From Schmidtea nova (taxonomy: Eukaryota): a stretch of DNA of 64,000 bases. The notes under the pieces are model-generated. The model was not told the DNA's origin. It was given only the letters and a program-made list of their open reading frames with translations, and searched no databases. Positions 26,991 through 42,473 of this stretch are shown piece after piece. Position 1 is the first letter of the stretch. Each line of letters begins with the position of its first letter. The translations under genes were made by a program, and so were the position numbers. The stretch is taken from assembly GCA_044892505.1 (NCBI GenBank), contig CM097883.1:46252001-46316000 (forward strand), given 5' to 3'.

Positions 26991-29799
26991 TTAATAACAT
27001 CCATTATTTTAATAATATTTATTCGATTTATTCATGTGTTTGCAATATTCAAACAAATCTCCACGAGGAGTTTATTCAACATAGAGTAATGTAAGCATAA
27101 GGGATTTGCACACACACATCAATCCACAACATGCATTCATTTTTTATTAGTTTTAATTTTTAATTGAATTCTCACATAAAATATGGTACCTGTGCATCAT
27201 AATCTCAACAATGGTGTAAATGAGCGCAATTAATTACCTGAAGACAAATGAAAATAAATGAAATTGTACAAAGATTAAGGGTGGCGAATAAATATTTTAA
27301 TAATAATGTTAAGAGTTATTATGTCTATTTAATTAGTAAAATGCAGTAAATTTCCGATAAGTCTCACAAGGAGTGAATCCATTTTTAAAATCATTACAAA
27401 TAAGAAGAGACAATTATTGTATTGTAATGAATAAATTTAATTTAATTTTTTAATTTGTCACCTTTGATGTTATTTTCAATTTCAAATATTTTCATTTTTA
27501 AGAAAATAGATCAAAAATTGTTTCTATACAAAATAAACTTCCTTCTTTGCCTTTTTCAAGTTTATAATCAATTTTTTGACGATTTCATTTATTCAGCAAA
27601 ATATCTATTAAATGTGACACTCATATAATCTGATGCTTGTCAAGTGTGACATTTATCGGAAATTTCACGCATCAAGGAGATGGATTAAAATGCAATAAAT
27701 TCAAAACAAACAAGCGACCCACATAAATGGAATAAATACCCATCAATTCCCATTATCCGTCTTCATTTTGCGCTGAAGTATACTTATTATGGGAAATTGG
27801 TTTGTATAACAAATAAAGGGGAACTGGAACCGTAGTGAATCAGTTCAAGGGTTTAATAAATCTCTGATCTAGATTCTAATTAGATGGTCACATGTCGAAT
27901 GAAACCAGTTTGTATATAAAATCGCAAATGGCATCCATTATTGACGGAGACGACTTGCGTTATATGAACTGTGCAAATATTATATCGGTGATCTACAATT
28001 AATATATATTTATATATATGTATATAATTTAGCGCAGTTGGCATCGTGTTTAGTACAAGTGCAAAATGCATTTTTCATTTATAGAGCCACATGGTTAAAA
28101 ATGGAATAATTATTTTCAGTCACAAATGTAATTTATATGTCAATCATAAATTTCTTTAAATTTAATTATATGAAAATCAATAATTTTATTAAAATAAAAA
28201 TTTTAAAAATCGATTTATTGTGTCCTTTTTGTGCACTAACTTTTTTTTCTCACAGTGATAATATATTTGAAAATATCGATAGAATTATAAGATTAACGGT
28301 AACACCTAGTACATCAATATGAACCAAAAGTGGCGTTAATGGGTTTTGAACCTGTTCCGTGAGAATAGATAGAGACAATGACCTCCCGATGCAGTTTGAA
28401 AAATAACGATGGAGAAGAAATAGAATAAACCTCAAATAAAACCTTGGAATCCCTGAATCTTTCTGATCAATTTTAGAGAGTGTAACTCTGTTGTGTCTTT
28501 ACTTATCGGGTTTCTCATTTGATAGTATAACATTTGCATTAGATAGTGTTAATATTTCATTTATTAGTGTTTTGTGTATTTGTGATAATTTCGATACAAA
28601 ACAAAAGTATAAGTGACATTACAACGAAGGATAAGACATTTACATTTATTTAGTATTAAAATTCCGAACTTTTTCGATAATGTAATTTTAACGGATAAGA
28701 CGGAGGAGTTCCAAAAATCGAAACACAAAATTATTAATAAGAAATATCGGGACATCCATTGAACAAGATCCCAAAAATGTCTGAAATATAATTAAATTTT
28801 TTCCATTTTTCCATTTAAACGCATTAAAATCATTTTTACGATTTGTTGATTAAATATGAATAAGAACAATAAACGAAGAAAAATTGATTTAAAATGCACG
28901 AGAATTGTTTTCTAATTCATATTCAATCGAACGTCCGGTCTGCCACTTTTGGCGGATTATAACTAGTTATGCTTTTTTGTTAATTTGAACTTTATATCTA
29001 GGTTTTTATTTCTTAAATAAATGAATTTAATAAAAACCTTGAAAATATAAATCAGTATTTTATATATCCTATTTTCCGCACATTTACTAATCAGGTGAAT
29101 CGTGAAAAATCTCCATTGTTAAAAGTGGCCAATAATTCCCGACAGCTAGAACAGAATTTGCTGACTGTTATAATAATATCATTATTAAAACGCAACTTAT
29201 AGCGGAAAATTAGGCAATGGAAAAAAAATTAATAATTGATATGATAAAATTTTTATCTGAATCTAGCTGATTTTTCCGAGGCATAAACATTTCCCGCGCG
29301 CTGATTGGTTGAATAGTTGTCATCAGATTGATCTGGAATGAATGAATAATTGGAATATTTTGTTTTTCTGAGCTGGATATTTGCTGTTTTAATTTAATAA
29401 TAATTTTAAAATATTTGTCTACAATTCAGTGAGTTGATATTTATTAAAATAATAATATAATGAACATATTTAAACCTACAATCTTCTTACGAACATAACG
29501 CCTAGGCATCGTTTACAGGAAAGAGTTTTTTCTCTATGGGGATTTTTATCGAATAAAACGCCTAGATACTTTATTTAACTATGAAAATTTTATTTTGAAA
29601 TTATATTCTATTAATATAAAAAATTTTAATTTTTTTACTTTAAAAAATCTTTCACACATAAATATAATTTGAAATTATTCTTTTAATTTTAAAGTAAAAT
29701 ACGTAGTTCGTTCAATAATGCCTCGGACTAACTAACTAAGAAAGACAACACAAAAAACTGAAACAATTTTTATTGAACTACATCAAATACCAGTTCGAA

Positions 29800-30225
29800 A
29801 AACACATTTAATTATTTTTCTTTAAAACTATCAATGGCAGCAACCAGCTTATTCCATCGAATAACCAAATCTTGAAATGAATCAGCAAAAAAATTGCCAG
29901 AGTGCATCTGATATCTCAAAATGATAGCCACGTAATGCTTTCTTTAGGTGCTTGAATAAAAAGAAGTCGCTCGGAGCAAGGTCCCAGTTGTATGGTGGGT
30001 GTTGGAGAAGTCTTAAACCACTCTTTTCTGTTGAACATCGATCATCATTGCTTGCATGGATAGGAGCATTATCAACAAGGAGCCAAAGTGGAACATTTCT
30101 TGATTTCCGTTTCTTTGCACGGCATATCTCAACCAATTTGGCATAGTTTTGACCATTTATTGCTTGTCCATTAGGCAAGAAGTCTAGGTGAAGGACTCCA
30201 TTTGTGTCCCAAAACACGTATTTAT
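29800..30225 (-). mobile_element. Mariner transposase 3' fragment
   Basis: VFWDTNGVLHLDFL, DNAPIH, HPPYNWDLAPSDFFLFKHLK. Confidence 0.85.
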
Positions 30226-31744
30226 CAAATTTTGCCACAAATTTTTCGCAATACAATGCCTAAGCGTTGTAATAAAATTGTAATAAAACGCTCAGTATGC
30301 GCAGTACTCACACAGAATGCCCAGTCATTATGTTCGGACGAAGACTGTAAGTAATGTCCTTCTGTGAAATTTTATATCGTTTGAAAAAAGTTTCTCTTAC
30401 CGTTTCATAAAGTGTCTTGCCATCACTATTTCTTATGGTTTAATTCGTTTTCTGATCTCCAAAATATTTATATAATCCTTTCGACTTCAAATTACCTCAT
30501 TTGGATATCGTTAATATAAGGAAAAGCTTTCCAAAACTTCAAATACTTTTTTAACACTTTACGTATCTCTTGCAAATACTTCGCATATCCCACTTTGGGA
30601 AACACTGATCTATGGCAATGTGATCGTGTGTAATCCTGTATCAAATTGTAATGCAGATAACGGGACGTCCTCTCATACAAATATCCGCAGCCCCAAACGC
30701 ATAATTGGTGAATGAAAAGTAAATTCGTAGAAAACCAACGCATCAACTATTTCTATGAACCGAAAGTTACTGGATTCTCTCAATCGGTTTAATCTTATCA
30801 AATATATCAGCAGCGCGCATAAAGTCTGTCGGTGCCGCATGGTAACGCTCGGTTTTCTCGTGCCGCCGTCTTGATAAGGTCACTTGATGAATTCCGTCAC
30901 TTTTCGCTTTGCATTATTTTTCGTTAAGATTTTTAATAGAAACTAATCAAAATTAAATAAAATTTTTTGTTTTACTTAAATTTTTAAAATGATTTATTCG
31001 TAATCTTTTGTCAATTTAGAACCAAAGAAAACGACTGGTAAGTAAGATTCGGTGGTTAATTTTGCTTGCTCACAATATAATTTGTATTTATCCTATTATC
31101 ATTGCTTGTGTTCACTGAATTTTATTAATCTTTTACTGGTAACATTTATTGATAATCCCCGTGCAATTACTTGTGTCATATTACTCATCAACTTTATTTC
31201 GGGGGGGGGTGTTAAAAATTATTTTCAAACTGAAAAATTTGTTTTTTTGGAAAAATATTAATTTGAGACAAATTTTAGAAGACATGAACTTTTATTTGTC
31301 AACAAAAAAACAAATAACAAAGATCTCACTTGTAAAATGGATCATTTTTCTTGTTGGCAAAAAGATACAAAAGTACATTTTTTTTCTTGACTGTCTTTCT
31401 GATTTCTGTCAGAGGTGAATTACCGACGATAATTCATAATTATTACATACGAACGTCATTTAAATGTTTTTTTAACGTTTGATCTTTTATTTGCGATTTC
31501 ATTTATTTTTATTCTTTCTAACTTTTGCTCAATATGTTTTCAATTTAACACAAAATTTTGACTCTACCATTTTTAAGTGATACTAATTGTAACCTGCAAA
31601 AAATCACGTGATTACGATTAGCTATACAGCCCGTAGTGAAGGTCGCATTTTTATAATTAATTTAAAAATAATTACTTATTAATATCCATAGTATATAATT
31701 ATAAACTTTATCTTAAAAATAGTTATACATACGTACAATGGTAA

Positions 31745-31975
31745 TATAATATATAAAGGACAATGTTTGTGTGTTTGTTTTTATGCTCTCTATAAAAATT
31801 CAAACCGCTGGATCGATCTCGATGAAATTTGGCATAAAGGTAGTCCTCAAGGAGAGAAGTTTATTAGCTGGGTTTTTACCACGTACTCCGACCCTGGGGT
31901 CAGGGGCCAAAAGGGAGTTAGGGTGGTTTTGCAGCATCAACGGTGCGATTTGGTGAAAACTTTATGAAACAAAAG
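31745..31975 (+). mobile_element. Possible non-autonomous Helitron 5' fragment
   Basis: ATATAAAG..AATGTTTGTGTGTTTGT...AAACCGCTGGATCGATCTCGATGAAATTTGGCA resembles Helitron-N 5' regions; no 3' CTAG hairpin was confidently found. Confidence 0.4.
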
Positions 31976-33423
31976 TTGGCAGTGACTAAAATTTGTGTTA
32001 AATTGAAAACATATTGATCTACAGTCTGAAAGAATGAAAATAAAAGGAAACATACGAATGACTTCTAGTTCATCATTATCGAGAGATGTTTCCTATATTT
32101 TCCATTCTGCAAGGATATGTTGACGGATAACCATTGCAAAATAAAAATATCAAGAAATTTTAATCGTAAATTAATTTAATTTATATTTTTTTCTTATTTA
32201 TTGATTCGTAGATTTAATTAACTAATTTTTCTTATTTTTAATTCAATTGTATTATTACTTGAATAAAATTATATATTGCTATAATTTTTCATATTAAATA
32301 AATGTTTGTTCAGTTATTACCTAATTATTATTATTATTATTATCTTTAATTAATTTAGTAAATAAAAATCGCGATGAAAATGCCGGGCTCGCTTAATAAC
32401 CAATTCATAACTTTAGTTTTATTCTTCATCAAACTCTTGTTGAGACTCAATGATCATTTCCGAATGAAATATACTTAATTTTAAACTAGTGATAGGTGAA
32501 GCTTAATTGGAAATATACATGGCTATATTTATATTGCAAGCTTGAGAAACTCGCTCCCAATAAATTCAAAAAGACCCTTCATCCTCATTGAGCCCATCAT
32601 ATGCTAAATGTCCACAGCTATCAATGTTCAATGGCAATGATAATCTAATAAAACTCACCTACAATAGTTAAGAGCAGTGACTGTCAAATTGATTGTGTCC
32701 TGTCATAACTGCCAAATGCCTGTTCAAGAAGAATATTTTATAAACTCCCTTTGCAAAGTTATTTTACCAAGATATGCATTCTGTCCTTCTATAAAGACAT
32801 GTGAATAATGACATCTACAACGAATTTACGATAAAACATGAACATAAGGTATTAATTGAAAGATTATTCACACAGTTTATTAATACCAAGTTTTTCTGCA
32901 CATCGAGGTATAAATTTATTTTCATAAGTTGTCACACATATATGGATTTAATGTTGTGGTAATTGTGAATGAAATGCTCACCAAGTACCAGGCAAGTTAC
33001 AAGGCTAGCCCTAGGATTCGTAAGGCCGAAAAAAGATGCATTTTTGCCAATTCTAAAATTAATTCTAAAAAATCAAAATGGTAACCAACATGGCAATAAA
33101 AGTAACAAAAACAATTTTTATACCTTTAGGCATTTATAATTATTACATTATTATTAGACAAATACAGTATTATTAAAATAAAAACAAAAAACAGCATTTA
33201 AAGTTAAAATAATAGTTAAGATAAATTTATAGTAAGTTGCAAGAATAGTGAAGAATATTATTGCCTGCGATCTAGTTTGGCCTAGCGAGGTCGTTCGCCG
33301 CGGTAATCCTACACGCTTCTCTTGCTGACCGTTGCTAGGTTACCTATTACCTACATAGTTTGTTTACAAATTATTTTCTTTTTCTCATTTTTATTTGTTT
33401 TCATTAGCTACATATTTATATTA

Positions 33424-33633
33424 CCGTATTTTCCTGGGTATTAGTCGCACCAACCTAATTTTTCGATTTTTTCTAAAAAATCATTATTTGTTATTTCTTC
33501 TGGAAATTTGGCTGGACATTTGTTGGTATGGTTAGAAAAAAAATAAAAATTATCATATAAGTCGCTTCTTTATATTAGTCGCACTTGTATTTTTATCGAA
33601 AAAAAGTAGCCACTTATACGACGAAAAATACGG
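33424..33633. mobile_element. pogo/Tc2-like MITE, copy 2
   Basis: Same TIR and TA TSD as 25236-25462, with a short internal deletion. Confidence 0.8.
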
Positions 33634-36036
33634 TAACCGAATGATTGTTTTACTAATAATATAGCTAGTTATTATTCACTAGGATGATGGTAGCACTTGT
33701 TCACTATTGTGCTGAAATTTTTGGTAATAATTTCATTTTAAAATCGAGCAGCTTTGCACTTTATTATTAATCGTTTTATATTATTGCATGCTTTGTACAT
33801 TTTAATGCGAGTGTGGGCGCCGTTTTTCAGGGTTGTAAATATTTAGCTTTTGACAACATTCGAACGGTTTAATTTTATCGTTTCAACTGACTAGTGTTTC
33901 ATTATTAGCTAATAGGAAGGATTTCGATTGATTGGAGGAAAACGAATCCCAATCAAGCGGAATTATTTCATTGTAAAAAAATCTCAATTTTTCAATTGTT
34001 TTTCGTTTATTATCATTCTTTCAGACAATAGGTCAAAATTTGTGTTAAATTGAAATAATTTCTATCCATTGTCTAAAAGGATGAAAATAAAGGAAATCGT
34101 AAATAAAAGGTCAAAATTGAAAAAATAAAGGATTTTGATGATTTTTCAATTGAACTGTATATTAAAATTCTTTTAGATATACAATCATAACAATAGATTT
34201 ATAACAATGATGAATACCGATATTAATACATAATAACTATTAATATATTTTTACAGCAGATTTCGGTAGATTAAATACAATTGCATATTAGTAAACTTCT
34301 GAATGCATACAATAAATAATGATTATTTAATGATGCTTGTTAACCACTTAGCTGTTGGTTGCGTGCACAGATGTCGTGAATTTATAACTGTGATCATACT
34401 ATTAATGTTATTGAGGCGTTTGCTAAGCCCAGCCGAGTCTCCTTTAAAATCTGTTTTGTGACATCTGAGGTTTTAGTGTGGTTACATTTTTCAAAAGTCT
34501 GATTTTGGTCAAGGTCACTCTTTAGGGAAATCAACCATTTCAGAGGATTACCACGTTCGGAACCATTGCATCGATTATGTGAGCCTTCATTTTCAGTTTG
34601 TTTGCATTCAGATAAATCGTCTCGACATTGACTATAATGCATTCCGATATGAAAGCGATCTCATTGCGATAATCGATATTATGTGCAGCTTCCAAATTCC
34701 GAATGATTACATCGATTAAATCGATAAAACAGCACAATTGTTCTAGGGATACATCAATCCGGTTCGGTACGACTTCGTATGGGAGCCAGTGGAAAAATGG
34801 TTAAAATTCTGAGAACTTAGCAAAATCGGCAATAATAGAATGCCTTTTCCACGAATAAGGATACATATATCACCGATCCGAACCACTGACATCATCCAAC
34901 TCACCAAGCATTTTCAAAATAGAACAATTCATACAGATCATAAACAAAACTGAAATTCTAAGAAACATGAACATTGTTTGCCAACTATCAATTTTCAAAG
35001 CAAATATCTAGTACACAAAAAGTAAAATGAAATATTAAAACAAATGCGCAAAGAGATTAAAAGTAAATTTTGATACAAAAAATAAAAAAAATATACCCCA
35101 AAAATGAAATATTACAATTTATATAATTTACATAATGTAATATAAATTTTTATTGTCGAAACATAAATATCATCATTGACATAAAATGGAATATGAATCC
35201 AAATTATTTCTTGTAGATTTCTGTGAATGTCTGCAATTTATATTTGGCTTCTTAGAATAGGAACATTTTTTTGGGTTGTGTTGGTGATACGTTAAAATTG
35301 TTTTTCAAGTTTCAAGTTTTATTTCCGTGGGTTTTTCTTGAGAGACCACCAAACTTGTTGAGCTGAAATCATCCGAAGCCGAAGCACAGCAGTCATTGTT
35401 TGTTGGTTTTGTATTTTTATTACGTCGTAAGTTACAATCGCTTCAGAGATAATAATTTATTTTTAGACCACTACATCGGTGAATGTTGTGTTCGAATGTG
35501 TGTATGCGTGCTTGTGTATGTATTATTATGATAACTAACAAAATATAAAATTTAATAACAATAAAAACTTTATTACTTAATAATTTCATCCATAATGTTT
35601 CACAAAAGAAATCAAATAGACAAACTATTATATTTTTATTATTTTAAAATCTTTATTCATTGATTTTTTTTATCTCTGTATTCTAATTTTTACTAAAGAG
35701 ATTTTGCTTGTTTTACTTCTCTTTCTTGGAAGGGAGAAATCATTAGGAACATGAATCAATACAAAAGTATTACTCATACCAGCAGCTAAATGTGAGAGAA
35801 AAGACCCAATCAGAATGAAAATAAATTTTAAACAACAATAGAATCCACATCAATTAATTGTGTGCGGGCTTAAAATACTAATAGTGAGAGCAATTTTGGC
35901 GTTGATTTGAGGATCTAAAGGTTTTATCATCAATGCCTCATAAATGACAGTTTGTCAGTAGTTGTTAAAGTTTTTAATAAAGTTTGAAATCAGAAATTAT
36001 TTTTATTTAACAAACGTTATGATGCTCGAAAATAAT

Positions 36037-36538
36037 CAGGGCCGGCTCAGAGGTCGGGACTTCGAGGATTTATCCCAAGGCCCCGCGCTTTCATATTCTA
36101 ACAATTATTAGTAGCTAAGCAAATATTTGACACCGAATGCAACGCGTGTTACAAGTCGGATGTTAACGCAGTTTTTCCCTGCATTTTTAATATCGATGAT
36201 CCGTAAAATCTTGACTATAATACGCACTTTTTTTCACATTTTAGTCAGCACAAATAAGGGTGCGTATTATACTCGTATACTAAAACAAGTAATTTTAAAC
36301 ATTGAACAACTGAATTCCACTATTGAATTCTCTGCTATAAAGAAAGGACATTTTTTCACAATATAAAGTGGACAAACAAAATATATAAAAAGAACAATGT
36401 ATTGTAACAGCATTCTCAATTTATAAAGAACTGTAGCCATTGTAACTATAGGCACAGAAAGTATCATTTCTTTATTTTTAGGAAGGGTCCCCGCAAATAA
36501 TATTTCCCCGAGGCCCCGCAAACCCAAAGCCGGCGCTG
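36037..36538. mobile_element. Non-autonomous hAT-like MITE
   Basis: Termini CAGGGCCGGC / GCCGGCGCTG; 8-bp flanks AAAATAAT and CAAATAAT (7/8 match). Confidence 0.7.
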
Positions 36539-39500
36539 CAAATAATACTCATTTCACTCGGTCGTCAATATTCTGGAACTGGAGTACTGAAATCACTTCA
36601 TATATTTTCTGTTTTTAAGACAAAATATCAAAAAAAATGTTTTTTTCAATACAACACGAATTTGATATAATGTCTTAAAAATAAAATTATATTAAATTGA
36701 AAATTAGATCAGTAAAATTAAAGATTTTAATGACATAAAAAAGTGATGCATCTTATCTTTTGATATATTTATAAAAATTTGAAATATTTATAAAAATTTG
36801 AAATATATTTACATGCCAATAAATATTAATATATTATGTTGGGTTTATAATTGCAAGTCGGTATTATTCTCGTACCCAACACAATAACCTTTGTTCGAAT
36901 TAAGCACAAAATTTACAATTGTCAATAGAACTTTTTAATTTGTCTGCACTTTTCTGCGTTAGGAATAAGTTGTCCTAAAGGGAGATCGACATTTATGGTT
37001 TGCAATAATTGATTTGATTTGCTGGTACTATCTTCATGCGATCTAGTCTACTAACCTTTCGAATATTTATCTTCCACAAACTGCCAAATGTTGAGTATTT
37101 GCATTGGTTTATTCAATTTGACGGTAATGTAGCATTTCCTTTTTATTTTTTGAAGTTTCTCTGCAATTAAATTGATTTTTCAATTGGGGTTTTTTCTACT
37201 TCTCAGGTTTTCAATTTACACTAACAAATTTAATTACTTGTTTTCTGATTCGGCTTCGGGTTTTCAATTAGGCAAATAATTTTTTAATTAATTTGTTTTT
37301 TCTTAATATTTATTTCCGAGGCGCACATTGATTTGTCTCATCATTGGGCATCCTCCTTTACCAGTATCCCCTCGCTAAATATTTATTATTAATTTTTTTT
37401 ATTTTTAAATTAATTTTGCACTTTATTTGTTAGTCTTTGAATTTTGTGATTTTAATTGATATTATTTTTATTTTGTGCCTGTTTAAATGAACCCCAACAA
37501 TTTTAAGGGAGTGGACTTTGGCAAAAAGTACGTTAAAGGGCAAATATACCAGTGTTTACTTGCGGTCTATTTTGCCAGCTTAGATTAGTGCTACCGACCT
37601 TCATGCTTATTTTTATTTATAACCCAAACAAATTGACATCAGAAAATAAATCATTCAATCGGTGTATTAACAACATTTTGTCGTATATTAAAAATTAACA
37701 TTTAATTTTAAATTGTTGTTTATATTTCATTTTTGTTTTACCAAAATAAATGAAAATTTTAAATTAACAAATTTATAAATTCACTTCTAACAAAATTGTA
37801 GTTAATTGTTTTTGATTTTTTATTTTGGAATTTTATTTGTAGAAATTTAATTATTATTGAATTTAAATTTTTTAATATTCATTTCCTAGAAATTAATTCC
37901 ATTTTTTAATATTCATTTCCTAGAAATTAATTCCATTAATTAATTTTATAAATCAATATTTTCTTTTGAAACAATCTATATGTTGAATTTATAATCTTTG
38001 ATTTTTTCTTTTAATTTTTTTTTGAATTTCAGATATAATCTTAGTTTTTATATTTAACACAAATTTTGAGTACATCCATTTTTTGTAATTAGGACATGAC
38101 TAGGTACTGCCGAAAATTTGTGTTTGAAAAACTGTAAAAACCTTTTTGATTTTCTGTCTGAAGAAAATGGAAATCTATTCATTTGTAATACTATATTTTT
38201 CAGGAATCAAAGACAGTATGTTGGGGCTTGTCTAGATAAACAATAAATAAAATAAAAAGTACAAAAACTAAGTGCAAATCAATAAAACCATAAAAATTCA
38301 AAAAAATAATAATTAAAATGCAAAATTAACTAAAACATTTGAAAAAATTAAAAAATAAATATTTTTACAGTGACAACTGGCATGGACAAATACCAAATAA
38401 TGAAACAAATCCAAATATAATAATATAAAATAATGTCGTGTCGTGTCCCCAGAAATAAATATTAAGAAAATACAAACTAATAAAAGAAATTAATTTCCTA
38501 ATGGAAATTGTGAGTCATAAGCAAAATTATCAAATGACCAAAGAAAATTAGACAACTAAGAGGAATCCCGAAAACAACAAGTAATCAAATTACCCGACAA
38601 AAATTAACTATAAGGAAGTTCCATAGTAAAAAGGAAAAGTCGAGCGGTAAGGAAACCCCAGTTTTAGATGAATACATTAGTTTTAGTCAAATGATTTAGA
38701 GACGCCGGACATTACTTAAATAAAAATCGGGGAAATATTAAATTAGAAAAATATTATAAAAGGAAGAAACAAATTCATTATTCTCGCCAGTTGGTCGAAG
38801 AAATGTTTGAGGAAATTCTGAGTAACTAGAAGGTTAGTGCATAAGCAGAATGCGTTCCAGAAAAGATATTTACCCATTCGCAACCCAAGTACAGACAAAA
38901 GAGTTTTATTGACAAGTGTAGAGTCAGAAATTAATACCGACTGAAATAAAAACTGATAAAGTATTACATGATCATTAATTCTTAAATTCATGATTCTTTT
39001 TCTTATATTCAACACAAAGTTTCCGCACCACGTTTTATTTAAATAACACTTGAAAAGGTAGTGCCGAAAATTTGTCCAAGAACAACACCAATTTACACAG
39101 CGGCTCCAACTACGCATCGGAATCCAGTTTTGGCACTCATAGTTTTGATTGAGTTGTTTTTGTCTTTTGTTTTTGTCTATCTGAACAGGACACATTTTTA
39201 TTTGATTATAAATAGTTTAATATTAATTTTATAGTTCTCAATAATAGATATACTTAATGCTAAATATAGTTGTGTGATCACCACATTGGCCTTTATATCA
39301 ATCCAACGGATTCCCTTTTTCTGGACAAAACTTACCAAAAGAGAAATTTATCCTTCTTTCCTCGAGAAATTTTTTTGTGACAAAAATTGAATTCCCCCCA
39401 AATTTAAGTCACTTAAAAGCCGTGAAAATAACAGACATCTCAAATTTCCGACGAGTATCAAAACATGCATCAAATAAATGCCTAATATATTATTCGTAAG

Positions 39501-40012
39501 CGCTCCCTACTGAAATCGGCATGAGAATTATATTCGTTTTATTGCCGGACTCATGAGCTGGATTTCAATATCGACTGACGGCTTTGCATAGGTCTATATT
39601 TTGTCAACAATTTCCTGCAAGGATTTGCTGTGAGCGAAAGTGGTGAAATAAAATAACTCAACAGGCGTTTAAACCATATAGTTTTAATTTCTGTTATAGT
39701 CAAGTAGGCAAATANNNNNNNNNNNNNNNNNNNNNNNNNNNNNNNNNNNNNNNNNNNNNNNNNNNNNNNNNNNNNNNNNNNNNNNNNNNNNNNNNNNNNN
39801 NNNNNNNNNNNNNNNNNNNNNNNNNNNNNNNNNNNNNNNNNNNNNNNNNNNNNNNNNNNNNNNNNNNNNNNNNNNNNNNNNNNNNNNNCACTTCGTGCTT
39901 CGAATTTCGCGACGTCACTCTATCGCAATAATTTTAAAATATATATTCCAATCATAGTACATAATCAATAAAGTGTTCGCAAGAATTAATTATGTTTGTA
40001 TGTAATAATAGG

Positions 40013-40083
<71 letters not shown>

Positions 40084-42473
40084 TAAATAAATAAATATAT
40101 AGCCAGTAATTTTATTATCTTCATTTATGTTCAGGCTATCAAACAATATTTTGTTTTATTATATTTAATACAAATTTTACGCGTTTGTTTTTTAAAGTGT
40201 TTTTTTCAAAATGAAATCGTTAATAAAGTAATTCATAAATTAGGTGTTTAATAGTAGAAAAATAAATTTTTTGATCTATTGATTGAAAAAATGAAAATAA
40301 ATATTTGAATTTATTTAATAGTTTCCACCCAGTGCTATTTTAGATTTTTTTTAAATTTATAACAGATTTATATTTTCATTATTTAAATTTTAGTATTGAT
40401 TCGATCATAATTTATTGTGAAAATTGATATTGTTATTTATTCGCGTGGTTCATTTACATTTCTATATTTGCATAGGACGCAGTGATTAATGATTATTCGG
40501 GGGGTGACTAATTCCGATATTCTCTTCAATTTCAAAGCTGCACAATTTTTTCACAATTCGTCATTTTTATTTGACCGACTTTAATTTCTTTTTCAAATTG
40601 AAAACCAAATTGGCAAATTAGTTCCGAAAGTTAAATTATAATAATTTCAATTTTTGTTATAATTTAAATAAATATTGAAAACACAAAACATTTCTATATT
40701 AATTATTTCTTAAGACATTATCAAATATCAAGCTAATTTATTATATTTCCGAAAAGAATNNNNNNNNNNNNNNNNNNNNNNNNNNNNNNNNNNNNNNNNN
40801 NNNNNNNNNNNNNNNNNNNNNNNNNNNNNNNNNNNNNNNNNNNNNNNNNNNNNNNNNNNNNNNNNNNNNNNNNNNNNNNNNNNNNNNNNNNNNNNNNNNN
40901 NNNNNNNNNNNNNNNNNNNNNNNNNNNNNNNNNNNNNNNNNNNNNNNNNNNNNNNNNNNNNNNNNNNNNNNNNNNNNNNNNNNNNNNNNNNNNNNNNNNN
41001 NNNNNNNNNNNNNNNNNNNNNNNNNNNNNNNNNNNNNNNNNNNNNNNNNNNNNNNNNNNNNNNNNNNNNNNNNNNNNNNNNNNNNNNNNNNNNNNNNNNN
41101 NNNNNNNNNNNNNNNNNNNNNNNNNNNNNNNNNNNNNNNNNNNNNNNNNNNNNNNNNNNNNNNNNNNNNNNNNNNNNNNNNNNNNNNNNNNNNNNNNNNN
41201 NNNNNNNNNNNNNNNNNNNNNNNNNNNNNNNNNNNNNNNNNNNNNNNNNNNNNNNNNNNNNNNNNNNNNNNNNNNNNNNNNNNNNNNNNNNNNNNNNATA
41301 ATAAATCACAAAACTTATTATTATTAGTTTGTTTTGCTAATTTTATTGGATTAATAATGAAGCTGAAGACATATCTGAAAGTATGGAGATAAAATCTGCT
41401 GGAACCAAGAGTAGAAAGAACATTTTAGAATTCTTTTTTGAGTTTATTAAAAAGTTCAATCTGATTGTTTCTTCGAAAATAGTCATTTGTCTTTCATTGT
41501 GGCTTGTATCATTTTATTTGCATCTTTTGATGATTTTCCTTGGATTCTGCGCGTGGATATTCAACCTTTTCATTCATATTTCTAGGCGAAGCGGGTCAGA
41601 TATCCCATGATAAATCATTGATCCTCCTATAGAAAGATCACAAGTAGGATCATTATCTGACGCGTAAAAAAGCTTGTCAGAGAAGATTATGTTTTCAAGA
41701 TTTTTCCAATGCAAATTTTTTTTAATGGGGTTTTGTATTTGTTCCCCACTTTCAGTGGCCAATCTCTCCTGATGTGATGGGCATTTACTCGTTCCGAGTC
41801 AGTCATAGTGCTAATTATTGCACCTCCATTATGCTGTCAGTGGTTTAAATACAAATCCTGTTGGCCGAGCCTTCCATTGTCTCCTAGTGCCACCATTATA
41901 CGGAGCGATGTAAACCCATTAGGTAAATCCAGATTGATTCATGTCAACCAAAGTTTAGGAATCATAGTTTAGCTTTTACCCAACTGTAAAACAGTTTTAT
42001 AACTCGATTTCCTGACAAATTTACAGTTTTATCATTTTCTTTTCCATTCATGTTTTACCCTGGATCTTCTATATAGTGACATTTTAGTGACATTTGTCGG
42101 TAAATAACATGAGGAAATCGCGCCACATTCAATTCCTGATCTGGGGATTCGGTCACCCTTCCTCTTTGTGCAGTCCTTAAGTTTTTAAAATTAAATAAAA
42201 AATGTCTAATATTTACTAGCTTCACCAAGCGTAAAGTGGGGTTCACGTTACGCATGTAGGATCTTGTGTTTTACAAATGGTTTTCGGCATGCAATCATTG
42301 GGCAGTGCTGAACACCAACATAACATTTACATCACATAACAATGCTATAAAGGCTCAAATCAAATTGCACCCGGGCTTCCTGGTAAGGCGGTGCTGGTGT
42401 GTCTCATAACTATGTTAATCATTCTTTTCAAACGTGCTCATTTTTATTGTTAATTTTCATTGACATTTATCAG

